Shown piece after piece: positions 10,784 to 19,231 of a DNA stretch of 64,000 bases; the stretch's first letter is position 1, and each line of letters begins with the position of its first letter. A program made the position numbers and the translations under genes. The notes under the pieces were generated by a model. It searched no databases, had not been told where the DNA came from, and worked only from the letters and a program-made list of their open reading frames with translations. Location: IMG/VR virus record IMGVR_UViG_3300031787_000018, positions 1 through 64,000 of that record; one strand, given 5' to 3'. The stretch is from an uncultured virus (IMG/VR IMGVR_UViG_3300031787_000018) (lineage: Duplodnaviria > Heunggongvirae > Uroviricota > Caudoviricetes).

Positions 10784-10972
10784 ATGAAAACAACTAGTTT
10801 AGAAACAATGAAAGCTTTGGTTTCAGAATTTGAAACTGATTACACAAAATTTGCTGAAAAAGGAAACAAAGCTGCTGGCACACGTGCTAGAAAAGCTCTA
10901 CAAGAAATCAGAAATCTTGCCAAAGATATTCGTTCTGAAATCAGTGGGGCCAAAAAAGAAAAAGCTGCTTAA
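10784..10972 (+). CDS. histone H1-like protein, Hc1 family
   Basis: KFAEKGNKAAGTRARKALQEIRNLAKDIR signature. Confidence 0.85.
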   Translation: MKTTSLETMKALVSEFETDYTKFAEKGNKAAGTRARKALQEIRNLAKDIRSEISGAKKEKAA

Positions 10973-10973
10973 T

Positions 10974-11180
10974 ATGATAACTTCTCTCATAAATAAAGTT
11001 TTATTTATTCTTTTTTTTCTTTCACTATTAAATGTCATTAGACATGGGTGGAAGATTTTTATGCAACTGAGAGATACGGATTTACCTAATAAATATGAGC
11101 TCACCAAAAGTGAGCTTATATTTTTAGGATTATCTGTTGCTTATTTATTAACAACAATTTTTACAACAATAGAAATATGA
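10974..11180 (+). CDS. small two-TM membrane protein
   Basis: start re-placed to ATG 10974 just after the Hc1 stop; two hydrophobic helices. Confidence 0.65.
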   Translation: MITSLINKVLFILFFLSLLNVIRHGWKIFMQLRDTDLPNKYELTKSELIFLGLSVAYLLTTIFTTIEI

Positions 11181-11392
11181 AAGTAGGGGATAAAGTTTTA
11201 TACGACAGACAAGTTGCCACGGTAGTTAACAAAGTCAACCCAAGATGTCGTTGTAAAGGTAAAGGTTACTATGAATTAAATTTTGAAGGTTATCCTGAAA
11301 ATCATACGATTAGGATTCCTTTAGATACGATTTTAGAACCATATAAACCTTTAACAATGGCAAATCAAAAATTAGAAGTACATAAATTTTAA
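11177..11392 (+). CDS. hypothetical protein
   Basis: ATGA-coupled to the upstream stop. Confidence 0.65.
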   Translation: MKVGDKVLYDRQVATVVNKVNPRCRCKGKGYYELNFEGYPENHTIRIPLDTILEPYKPLTMANQKLEVHKF

Positions 11393-11393
11393 C

Positions 11394-11834
11394 ATGATAC
11401 AAGAACGTTTTAACGAATTACAACCTTATTTAAGAGGTATAAAAATAGCTGATAAATACTCAATTGTCGAATGTATTATTAAAAATACATGGAAGGTTGA
11501 TGGCATAATACCTGAAGGCATACAATACAAATCTTCTGGTAAAGAACCTGAAGAACATAAAGGTTATGTTGGATATATGTTTTGGTCTGAAAATACAATT
11601 GATAGTTTAATCGACAGTTTAGAAAATATCATCAACGTAAATATTGAAATAGAACAAAAACAGGCTCTCTTAAAAAGTAAAGTAGAAGAATTAAAAAGAA
11701 TGTTTGAAAACAAACCTTTAGATGAGTTAAAAAATTTAAAATTTAGTTCCGATGTTGATGTTACTTTAAATGTCAAACCACAACATAAAAAAGAAGAAAA
11801 CATTAAAACAGATGGCGTTACCGAAAAAGTTTAA
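11394..11834 (+). CDS. hypothetical protein
   Basis: 146-aa ORF in operon. Confidence 0.7.
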   Translation: MIQERFNELQPYLRGIKIADKYSIVECIIKNTWKVDGIIPEGIQYKSSGKEPEEHKGYVGYMFWSENTIDSLIDSLENIINVNIEIEQKQALLKSKVEELKRMFENKPLDELKNLKFSSDVDVTLNVKPQHKKEENIKTDGVTEKV

Positions 11835-12147
11835 CGAAACTATAAACCTTAAAAATAGAATTGGGTCTTTAAATGATTTAATATTTTATACAGTAAAATA
11901 TGATTATGTATTGACAGGTAAAAAGGTTGAAGAATTTGATACCGATACAGAAGTTACTGGAATCAAAGAATTTAGTGCTTTGGACGATGAACAAGCCAAT
12001 GCCAAAATCCAAAACTGGTTTAATGTTTTAATTAAAAATGGTGTATTGGAATCCTATGACATAAAATCAACCGAAGTCAGAAGTTTATATGAAACTTTAG
12101 AAGACAAGAAAATATTAGATGTACTAACACACAACAACCCTCAATAA
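11812..12147 (+). CDS. hypothetical protein
   Basis: likely start MALPKKF at 11812; terminator at 12136-12158. Confidence 0.65.
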   Translation: MALPKKFNETINLKNRIGSLNDLIFYTVKYDYVLTGKKVEEFDTDTEVTGIKEFSALDDEQANAKIQNWFNVLIKNGVLESYDIKSTEVRSLYETLEDKKILDVLTHNNPQ

Positions 12148-12156
12148 GAGGGTTTT

Positions 12157-12699
12157 TTATTTCTCCACAAATTCATCCCATTGGTCCGATTTAATTTCAT
12201 TAAGGTAAAAACTATCAATGCGACCCGTGTCTTTAAGTTTTTTACCCCAATCTTTAAAACTTGAAAAATGTTCTAAACGATCATCCCACAATTCAACCTC
12301 CCGAATATTAGGGAATTTATCCAATAAATCATTTAAATGGTTTATTTTTTCGTTTAAAGTATTACCACCACGATTAAATAAATAATAATCAAAACTAAAC
12401 CCTAAATCATTTAATATTGTTTTAACCAAGTTAGATATTTTATTAACCCTACCAGTTAACATAACAACTAAATTAGATGGATCAGATTTAACGGTGTCAT
12501 AATCTTTTTTAACCTCAGGTATTGGGTTCATATCCCAAACCTTTCTATCTAAACTTTCTTCACGTCCCCACCACCCAATGTATGGCCAAGGTTTACCATA
12601 ATGTTTAGACCATTTTTCTTTATTTTCTGGTGACGCAATTGCTGTATTTACAAGTGTTCCATCGAAATCAAACACGCAAAGCTTTCTTTTTTCTATCAT
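12157..12699 (-). CDS. HAD-superfamily phosphatase, Swiss-Army-Knife RNA-repair type
   Basis: VFDFDGTL, GWW, MLTGR, LWDDR..H motifs; TATATTTG on the minus strand at 12717-12724. Confidence 0.85.
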   Translation of the reverse strand: MIEKRKLCVFDFDGTLVNTAIASPENKEKWSKHYGKPWPYIGWWGREESLDRKVWDMNPIPEVKKDYDTVKSDPSNLVVMLTGRVNKISNLVKTILNDLGFSFDYYLFNRGGNTLNEKINHLNDLLDKFPNIREVELWDDRLEHFSSFKDWGKKLKDTGRIDSFYLNEIKSDQWDEFVEK

Positions 12700-12747
12700 T
12701 TCATTAATATTTAATACAAATATAAATATAGTTAAAAAATTGTTAAT

Positions 12748-13104
12748 ATGAAATTATTGTTATTTTTATTTATTGCTTACGGAATCTGTAACATTTTGAT
12801 TTTTGGTTCTATATTCAGATGGTGGAGAGATTTGTGGAACTCGATTAGTCCTGATTTTTTTGGGTCTTTATTTACTTGTTTCATTTGTTTACCAACTTGG
12901 GTTGGGTTTATGGGTTCATATCTTATTTGGTCACCATCAATAGATTATGGTGTTGTTACCCAAGGTGTTTCATTCTTTGGTTTATTTCAGTTCCCCAAAG
13001 AACTTGTGGCAACATTCTTAGACGGTTGCTTAACCTCTGGTGCTGTTTGGTTTATGCATACAACACAAGAGGCTATAGAAAGACATTTTAATGTGGAGAA
13101 GTAA
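12748..13104 (+). CDS. membrane protein (DUF1360-like)
   Basis: FFGSLFTCFICLPTWVGF CxxC motif among TM helices. Confidence 0.55.
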   Translation: MKLLLFLFIAYGICNILIFGSIFRWWRDLWNSISPDFFGSLFTCFICLPTWVGFMGSYLIWSPSIDYGVVTQGVSFFGLFQFPKELVATFLDGCLTSGAVWFMHTTQEAIERHFNVEK

Positions 13105-13136
13105 TGTAGATAAATTTTTTGTATATTTATCTTTGT

Positions 13137-13565
13137 ATGGAAAAAAGAAAAAAATCAGTGGGTATATTAATATTAGCCAAAAAAACTAATAGATTTTTAC
13201 TATTACATCGTGTTAACAAACCTGTAGCTTGGTCTACATTAGCTGGTAAAATGGAAGAAGGTGAAACACCAAAAGAAACCATTAAGAGGGAAATCTTAGA
13301 GGAGATTGGTATAAACTCCAATATTTTAAATGGTATAGAAGAAGTTGGTATGGTTGGTTCACACCATGTTATGGTTGGTATAACAGATAAAGAATTTGAA
13401 ATACCAAACTTAAAATTAGACGAAAATGATGATTATGGTTGGTTTACTGAGAAAACATTACCTTCACCAATGCACCCTAAATGGGAAGATAGTTTTAATT
13501 TAATAAAACCATTAATTAATCTAAGAGAAGTTTTTGTTAAGAATTTTAAAAATTTAATAAAATGA
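13137..13565 (+). CDS. NUDIX hydrolase
   Basis: Nudix box GKMEEGETPKETIKREILEEIG. Confidence 0.9.
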   Translation: MEKRKKSVGILILAKKTNRFLLLHRVNKPVAWSTLAGKMEEGETPKETIKREILEEIGINSNILNGIEEVGMVGSHHVMVGITDKEFEIPNLKLDENDDYGWFTEKTLPSPMHPKWEDSFNLIKPLINLREVFVKNFKNLIK

Positions 13566-13750
13566 GTAGAGATTTGGTTAAAAATGAAGAACGTAAAATG
13601 TTACAAGACATTGTCGCCACTCAAATAAAAAAAGAAAATTTTATTAGAGAGATTGTTGGTGGGTTAGGTGATGAAATAATAGCCGAACCAAGTAAACCAC
13701 AAAAAAAATTAAGTTTTTGGGGTAAATTAAGAAGAATGTTTTTAAAATGA
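13562..13750 (+). CDS. hypothetical protein
   Basis: translationally coupled ORF. Confidence 0.6.
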   Translation: MSRDLVKNEERKMLQDIVATQIKKENFIREIVGGLGDEIIAEPSKPQKKLSFWGKLRRMFLK

Positions 13751-13998
13751 AAAACGCAGTACTATTTAAAACCAACTCCTTAAAAGAGTTTGTTGATTTT
13801 GCCACATCTTTAAAAGAAATGGAAGAAGTTAAAGCCGGTAAATTTCCTTTACCTTTCGGTATTACTTACAAATTAGATAGTATTAATCATGATAATTTAC
13901 AAAAAGAAATTTTAAAACAAAAAAAGTTACCCACAGATGTACTATATGATGAATTTGAGTTAGAATTGTACGGTATAACTTTTAAATTTATAAAATAA
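13747..13998 (+). CDS. hypothetical protein
   Basis: translationally coupled ORF. Confidence 0.6.
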   Translation: MKNAVLFKTNSLKEFVDFATSLKEMEEVKAGKFPLPFGITYKLDSINHDNLQKEILKQKKLPTDVLYDEFELELYGITFKFIK

Positions 13999-14600
13999 TG
14001 GGTAACTTAATTAATTTACCACCACATCTAGATGATACAAAAATTTTTATAGGCCTCGATGAGGCTGGTAGAGGTTCTTTAGCAGGTCCAGTTGTTGTAG
14101 CAGGAGTCATATTACCAAAAGACTTTCAATCAGATATTGTCAAAGACTCTAAAAAATTATCAGAAAAAAAAAGAAAAGAGGCATTCGAGTTGATTAAACG
14201 AGAGGCAATATCTTGGTCAGTATCTTTTATAGGTCCTGAAGATATCGACGATTTAAACATACTTCAGGCAACAATGAAGGGTATGCATCAGTGTCTCACA
14301 GAACTAGAAGGTGAATATAACCATATATTAGTTGACGGTAATTATTTTAAACCATTTAAAGAGGTGGAACATGATTGTATCATCAAAGGTGATAACACCT
14401 ATTACTCAATAGCGGCAGCTTCAATTTTAGCTAAAGTATCTAGGGATGAGTATATGAAAAAACTACACCTTAGTCACCCACAATATGATTGGTGTGGTAA
14501 TAAAGGTTACGGTTCATCGGCCCATATTCAAAAAATAAAAGATATTGGATATACTGAACATCATCGTAAATCATTTTTAAAAAATATCATTCAGACCTAA
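13998..14600 (+). CDS. rnhB: ribonuclease HII
   Basis: GLDEAGRGSLAGPVV, KDSKKL, LVDGN, KGD...IAAASILAKVSRD, NKGYG. Confidence 0.97.
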   Translation: MGNLINLPPHLDDTKIFIGLDEAGRGSLAGPVVVAGVILPKDFQSDIVKDSKKLSEKKRKEAFELIKREAISWSVSFIGPEDIDDLNILQATMKGMHQCLTELEGEYNHILVDGNYFKPFKEVEHDCIIKGDNTYYSIAAASILAKVSRDEYMKKLHLSHPQYDWCGNKGYGSSAHIQKIKDIGYTEHHRKSFLKNIIQT

Positions 14601-14624
14601 TTTTATTTTCATTATTGTTAGGTT

Positions 14625-15104
14625 ATGGAAATACCTAAACATTTACTACAGTCTTTTATTGAAAGTGTTAAAAATATAATACTTTCATATAATAGAAAAT
14701 ACGTTAAAGAAAAATTAACAAAAAAACCTAAAGAAGAAATAGAACAAATTGTTAGATCTTTATATAGTGAAGAAAAAAAGATTGAGTGGTTAAATAATAG
14801 TGTTGATGTTAAAAATAAATTAAATTTAACTGATAAACCTTGGGTCCATCATTATAGTTTAAACATGTCTTGGATTTTGTTTTACAAATCCTTGTATGAG
14901 ATGGTTTTTAATAAAAACATAAATCAACCATCAAAGGAGTTAGAAAATTTTATACAAGAAGGTCATGAAACATACCACAAAGTATACAAACTATATGTTA
15001 TACTTAACACAGTTGACGGTATTATGGAGTCTGACGATACAATCTATTTGGTTAAAACAGATATATCTTTTATTAGACCAAACATCAAAAAGATATTTAT
15101 ATAA
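14625..15104 (+). CDS. hypothetical protein
   Basis: 159-aa ORF. Confidence 0.65.
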   Translation: MEIPKHLLQSFIESVKNIILSYNRKYVKEKLTKKPKEEIEQIVRSLYSEEKKIEWLNNSVDVKNKLNLTDKPWVHHYSLNMSWILFYKSLYEMVFNKNINQPSKELENFIQEGHETYHKVYKLYVILNTVDGIMESDDTIYLVKTDISFIRPNIKKIFI

Positions 15105-15105
15105 T

Positions 15106-15309
15106 ATGGATAATTTAATTACTTATCTTAACTTGATGAAATCTAAATTGGAACCTTTTGAGAATACGGTAAACACTGATATCGTTATGGAAGAATTAAC
15201 CAACATAGCAACTAATAATTGGGTTAAAAATGGTGTACCTAATTTATCAAAAGAACAATTTGATATTGTGTTAAGACGTTCTCTAGCTAGAACTATTATC
15301 TTGAATTAG
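15106..15309 (+). CDS. hypothetical protein
   Basis: likely start MDNLITY at 15106, after ATATTTAT. Confidence 0.55.
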   Translation: MDNLITYLNLMKSKLEPFENTVNTDIVMEELTNIATNNWVKNGVPNLSKEQFDIVLRRSLARTIILN

Positions 15310-15937
15310 AACGGTACAATCTATTATAACCAATACCAGTTCTATCGTGGATTTTTTTATACCACACTTTTCTGTTTTCTTTTGGTACTGAACCGAAAAA
15401 TATAATATCACCTATTTTGTTATCAAAACAATAAGTTCTAATTTTATTATATAATCTTATAGTTTCATCAATATTTTTACATGTAACCATATATAAATCT
15501 AAACCTTCAATTACAATTTTATTGTTTAACATTAATACCTGTTTAGGTGCTTTTTTTTGTTTGTTTGAAATAACAACATGCTCAATAATTTCTTTTGCTG
15601 TTAATTTACGATTAGCATCACTAACATTAAAACTTTCTTCAATATGGAAATATGAAGTATCCATTATAACCCAATCCTCATCATCAACAGTTTCTTCAAC
15701 AAATTTACCCAATTCGTTTTTAATAACTCTATTAACATCACCTTCTTCTCTTTTCTTTAATAAAAGTATTTCATAAACAACATCAACTAATTTTTTATTT
15801 TTATAAACCTTTATTTTAGGAAAAATTACCTCTTGAGATTTAAGTTTTTCAAACCTATAATTAGCATCGTGTTCCCTACTATATGAATGGAGAACTTTGA
15901 TTTTTTTCTTATTTTCAACTAGAACAATTTGATACAT
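15296..15937 (-). CDS. hypothetical protein
   Basis: 213-aa ORF; ATATTTAT on the minus strand at 15945-15952. Confidence 0.75.
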   Translation of the reverse strand: MYQIVLVENKKKIKVLHSYSREHDANYRFEKLKSQEVIFPKIKVYKNKKLVDVVYEILLLKKREEGDVNRVIKNELGKFVEETVDDEDWVIMDTSYFHIEESFNVSDANRKLTAKEIIEHVVISNKQKKAPKQVLMLNNKIVIEGLDLYMVTCKNIDETIRLYNKIRTYCFDNKIGDIIFFGSVPKENRKVWYKKIHDRTGIGYNRLYRSNSR

Positions 15938-15968
15938 ATATTATATAAATATATTCCACACAATTAAA

Positions 15969-16946
15969 ATGAATAAATATTACGAAATATTAGGCATTAA
16001 ACCCGGAGCCTCTAAAGAAGAAATTAAAAAGGCGTGGAAAAAGAAGAGTTTGGAGTATCATCCTGATAGAAACCCATCCGAAGATGCCACAACCAAGATA
16101 CAAGAAATAAATGAAGCCTATGAAATTTTAATAGGTAAAAAACAACCACCAAGAGAAGAAATACCTAATAAAGGTGGTTTTGGTGGTAACCCATTTAATA
16201 ATCCTTTTAATAACCCTTTTGCTGGGTTTAGAATGAAATCTAGACCCATTAGTATACTGGTTAATGTAACATTAGAAGATATTTTTCACGGTGTTAACAA
16301 AAATATAAAATTTAATGTTAATAAAACTTGTAAAACATGTCAGGGTAATGGTGGTAACACCACAACATGTACACATTGTAATGGAAGAGGTGGTAAAATA
16401 GAATACCACCAAGCTATGGGTATGCAAACAATGATAATGTGTAGTCATTGTGGTGGTTCTGGACAAATGAGGGTTGATACTTGTGGTACATGTCACGGTG
16501 CTGGCATTATAAACCATATAGAAAGTTTTGATTTAAAAATACCCAAAGGACTAACCGAAGGTGGTAGATTAATTATACAAGGTTTGGGGGCTGAAGGTCC
16601 TAACTTGGAAAGGGGCGACGTAGTTGTCAATTTTAATATACAACCCCACCCAAAATTCCAATTGGAAGGTTTAAATTTACATAAAACAGAAGAATTACCT
16701 TTTGTTGATATGATATTAGGTAAAGAAATTGAAATAGAAAGTTTTAGTGGTAAGTTTAAAGTTAATATACCTGAATATTGTGAAAGTAACAAAGTCATAA
16801 GATTAAAAGGCCAGGGTTTAATTGACGAGGATACAGGTATTACAGGAGACTTATATGTTAAATTAACACCAAAAGTACCAAAAAATATAACAGATAGAGA
16901 AAAAGAATTGTTACAAGAACTTAGGAGCTCAATCAATTTTTCGTGA
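15969..16946 (+). CDS. dnaJ: DnaJ chaperone
   Basis: J domain with HPD, G/F region, four CxxCxGxG repeats, C-terminal GDLYV. Confidence 0.95.
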   Translation: MNKYYEILGIKPGASKEEIKKAWKKKSLEYHPDRNPSEDATTKIQEINEAYEILIGKKQPPREEIPNKGGFGGNPFNNPFNNPFAGFRMKSRPISILVNVTLEDIFHGVNKNIKFNVNKTCKTCQGNGGNTTTCTHCNGRGGKIEYHQAMGMQTMIMCSHCGGSGQMRVDTCGTCHGAGIINHIESFDLKIPKGLTEGGRLIIQGLGAEGPNLERGDVVVNFNIQPHPKFQLEGLNLHKTEELPFVDMILGKEIEIESFSGKFKVNIPEYCESNKVIRLKGQGLIDEDTGITGDLYVKLTPKVPKNITDREKELLQELRSSINFS

Positions 16947-16958
16947 TATTTATAAAAT

Positions 16959-18098
16959 ATGAAAAAGAAAGAGTTACTTAAAGAAATCATGGGTGTACCC
17001 AAAGCTTTAAATTTTTGGGTTGATTATTTTAGTATTATATTAGCTGGTATGGCCAAATCAATTTCACAATCAGATGAGATGGAAGAAGCTGAAGTAACCT
17101 ATAAAAATCCAAATAACCCTGAAGAAATTGTTGAGGATTTAGCAAATCGTGGTTATAAAACCATGGATGGTAAAACAGTGATGGATTGGGTACAAAAAAT
17201 AGGTGGTTATTCAGACTTAGGGCAATTAATAAAAAATCCAACATATAAAGAATTTCCATTATACAAACCAACAATTGGTTTGATGGTAACATTTGTACCT
17301 GATGAATTATATGAAAGTGAAATTAGTGGTGATTATACAAAATCGATTCATGCCTATCATATTTGGGATCCAAATACAATAAAACTGTCTAAAATGGGTG
17401 GTGACAATTTTGTTTTTCTTGGACAAAGTTTTAATTTTGAAGTTATGGTACCATTTTCATGGATTGAGAATTTTGATACGGATCAGTTTAGAAAAATGTT
17501 AAAACCTGTTATTGGTCATGAGTTGACACATGCTTATGAAACATATAAAAGATTTCTTGGAACAGGTGATCCTCTAAAAGGTCGTGAAACTTTTTTAAAT
17601 GTCGCTTCTGAAACGGCTAAAAAATCCGATAACCCTTATTGGGGAAAATTTTTGTATTTGATATATCTATCATTATCCTATGAAATAAATGCCAGAATAG
17701 TAGAATTATATTCTTTTATTAAAAACAATGACATTAAAAACCAAGAGGAATTTATGAATGTTTTACAAAAAAGTTCTATATGGGATAAGATTAAAAAATT
17801 ACAATCTTTTAATGCTGAAAACTATATTAATAATTTTAGTGACGATGAAATTAAATCTTTAATAGATAATTGGGACCGAACATTACAGGATTTAAACATA
17901 GAAATGACAAATAAATTAGGTCACATATATAAGGGAAAATTAATGGACAAGGTACCACAATCGGCCAAAGAAAACCCAATTAAATTTTTTAAATTTTTTG
18001 AAAAAATATTCCATAAAAAAGGTGAAGATTTTAGAAGAAAGGCATTAAGATTATCTTCTTTATTAATAAATGGTGAACAAGAAAAAATAGTGAAATGA
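16959..18098 (+). CDS. hypothetical protein with zincin-like HExxH motif
   Basis: GHELTHAYE...YEINA. Confidence 0.6.
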   Translation: MKKKELLKEIMGVPKALNFWVDYFSIILAGMAKSISQSDEMEEAEVTYKNPNNPEEIVEDLANRGYKTMDGKTVMDWVQKIGGYSDLGQLIKNPTYKEFPLYKPTIGLMVTFVPDELYESEISGDYTKSIHAYHIWDPNTIKLSKMGGDNFVFLGQSFNFEVMVPFSWIENFDTDQFRKMLKPVIGHELTHAYETYKRFLGTGDPLKGRETFLNVASETAKKSDNPYWGKFLYLIYLSLSYEINARIVELYSFIKNNDIKNQEEFMNVLQKSSIWDKIKKLQSFNAENYINNFSDDEIKSLIDNWDRTLQDLNIEMTNKLGHIYKGKLMDKVPQSAKENPIKFFKFFEKIFHKKGEDFRRKALRLSSLLINGEQEKIVK

Positions 18099-18201
18099 TG
18101 GAAAATTATAAAATTAATAGTGATTTAATTTCACAAGAAGAGATGGCAAAAAGGTGGGAAGAAAAAATAATTGGGTTACTACCTAAATTAAAAAAAATAA
18201 T

Positions 18202-18244
18202 TTGACATTTAAATAAACTTTTGTATATTTGTATCATATTTATT
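18202..18244 (+). promoter_or_regulatory. promoter of tRNA cluster 1
   Basis: TTGACA 18202, TATATTTG 18224, then ATATTTAT; similar to the promoters at 28594 and 33336. Confidence 0.75.
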
Positions 18245-18274
18245 AAACACAAAAAATTATATAGTAAACTCACC

Positions 18275-18364
18275 ATGACAAAGGCGACAACATACATTGT
18301 TTTAACTCACAGAGAGGAGAGAGAACGTTATCTGACTAACAGTCGGAGTGGATGTCGTATATAG
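18275..18364 (+). CDS. attenuator leader peptide 1 (Glu/Arg sensor), MTKATTYIVLTHREERERYLTNSRSGCRI
   Basis: AGA GAG GAG AGA GAA CGT run, followed by a terminator and then tRNA-Glu and tRNA-Arg. Confidence 0.8.
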   Translation: MTKATTYIVLTHREERERYLTNSRSGCRI

Positions 18365-18388
18365 TCATGTCTCTATATATCAAGATAT

Positions 18389-18416
18389 AAACCCCGATTA
18401 AGAGTCGGGGTTTTTT
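18389..18416 (+). terminator. attenuator terminator 1
   Basis: AAACCCCGATT-AAG-AGTCGGGGTTT+T; competing AGTCGGAGT at 18341-18349. Confidence 0.85.
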
Positions 18417-18471
18417 ATTTTGGCCAATAAATAAAAAATTTATACTTTTGTAAAAGTTCTTTGATAAACAA

Positions 18472-18543
18472 GCTCCCGTCGTCTAAAGGCAAGGACACAT
18501 CTCTTTCACAGATGAAATACGGTTTCAAGATCCGTCGGGAGTA
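18472..18543 (+). tRNA. tRNA-Glu(TTC)
   Basis: acceptor GCTCCCG/CGGGAGT; anticodon arm CATCT-CTTTCAC-AGATG. Confidence 0.85.
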
Positions 18544-18548
18544 CAAAT

Positions 18549-18622
18549 GGTTCCGTAACTCAATAGGATAGAGTAACTACCTTCTAAGTAGTAAGTTACA
18601 GGTTCGATCCCTGTCGGAATCA
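18549..18622 (+). tRNA. tRNA-Arg(TCT)
   Basis: GGTTCCG/CGGAATC; ACTAC-CTTCTAA-GTAGT; GGTTCGATCC. Confidence 0.92.
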
Positions 18623-18711
18623 CAAAAAAAGTGATAAAAAATTTATAAAGCGTATTGACAGAAGAGGTTTTTATCACTAGTATTAACAAACAAAAACGAT
18701 ATAGTTCTTTA

Positions 18712-19035
18712 AAATACTGATACTTGAATATTTGAAGCGGTTGGAATGATTACATCAAACAACTATGATTCAGAAAAAGGACATTTTACCTAAGTATTGT
18801 CCAAGGTTTAATTAAAAGATGGGTATTAAGTTATCGTCCTGTTAAACTTAAAAAAACAATGGGAGTTTGTTAGCAACTCTAAAATCTAACAAGTTAGGAA
18901 GGGACTTTAAAACCCCCGAGTTTATTAGTGTCTGTAAAACCTAGTCAGGGTCACTCCTGGTCTTCCCCGAGATGGGGAACACGAAAAGTAACCATTATTC
19001 TGAAACATTCTCAGATATCAAGTTATCTAGTATTT
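18712..19035 (+). ncRNA. Y-RNA-like RNA 1 (about 320 nt, long terminal helix)
   Basis: paired ends (AAATACTGATACTTGA/TCAAGTTATCTAGTATTT, GGAATGA/TTATTCT); GAAGCGGT 18734 and TACATC 18751; upstream of the Ro60 gene. Confidence 0.65.
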
Positions 19036-19042
19036 AAAAATA

Positions 19043-19120
19043 TTCTATTGAAGCGGTGAAGAAAGTTACATCATTATTATTGAAAACGAAAAACACTTTC
19101 ATCTAAAATACTCAATAGGT
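19043..19120 (+). ncRNA. Y-RNA-like RNA 2 (minimal stem)
   Basis: CTATTGA/TCAATAG, GAAAGT/ACTTTC; GAAGCGGT 19050 and TACATC 19067. Confidence 0.65.
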
Positions 19121-19167
19121 ACTTTATTTGTCCACGTTAACTGTAAGAGTTAATTGTGAGACCTTAC

Positions 19168-19201
19168 AGTCCCTACGAGTAAAATTGTGGGGACTTTTTT
19201 T
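19168..19201 (+). terminator. terminator between the Y-like RNAs and Ro60
   Basis: AGTCCCTAC...GTGGGGACT followed by T-run. Confidence 0.7.
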
Positions 19202-19231
19202 ATTTTATTAAACAATATTAAATTTTAAGTT

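Noticed and set aside
12157..12699. Artificial or recombinase-driven inversion of the HAD gene
   Set aside because: It has its own minus-strand TATATTTG element and ends at a shared hairpin terminator; no flanking inverted repeats were seen.
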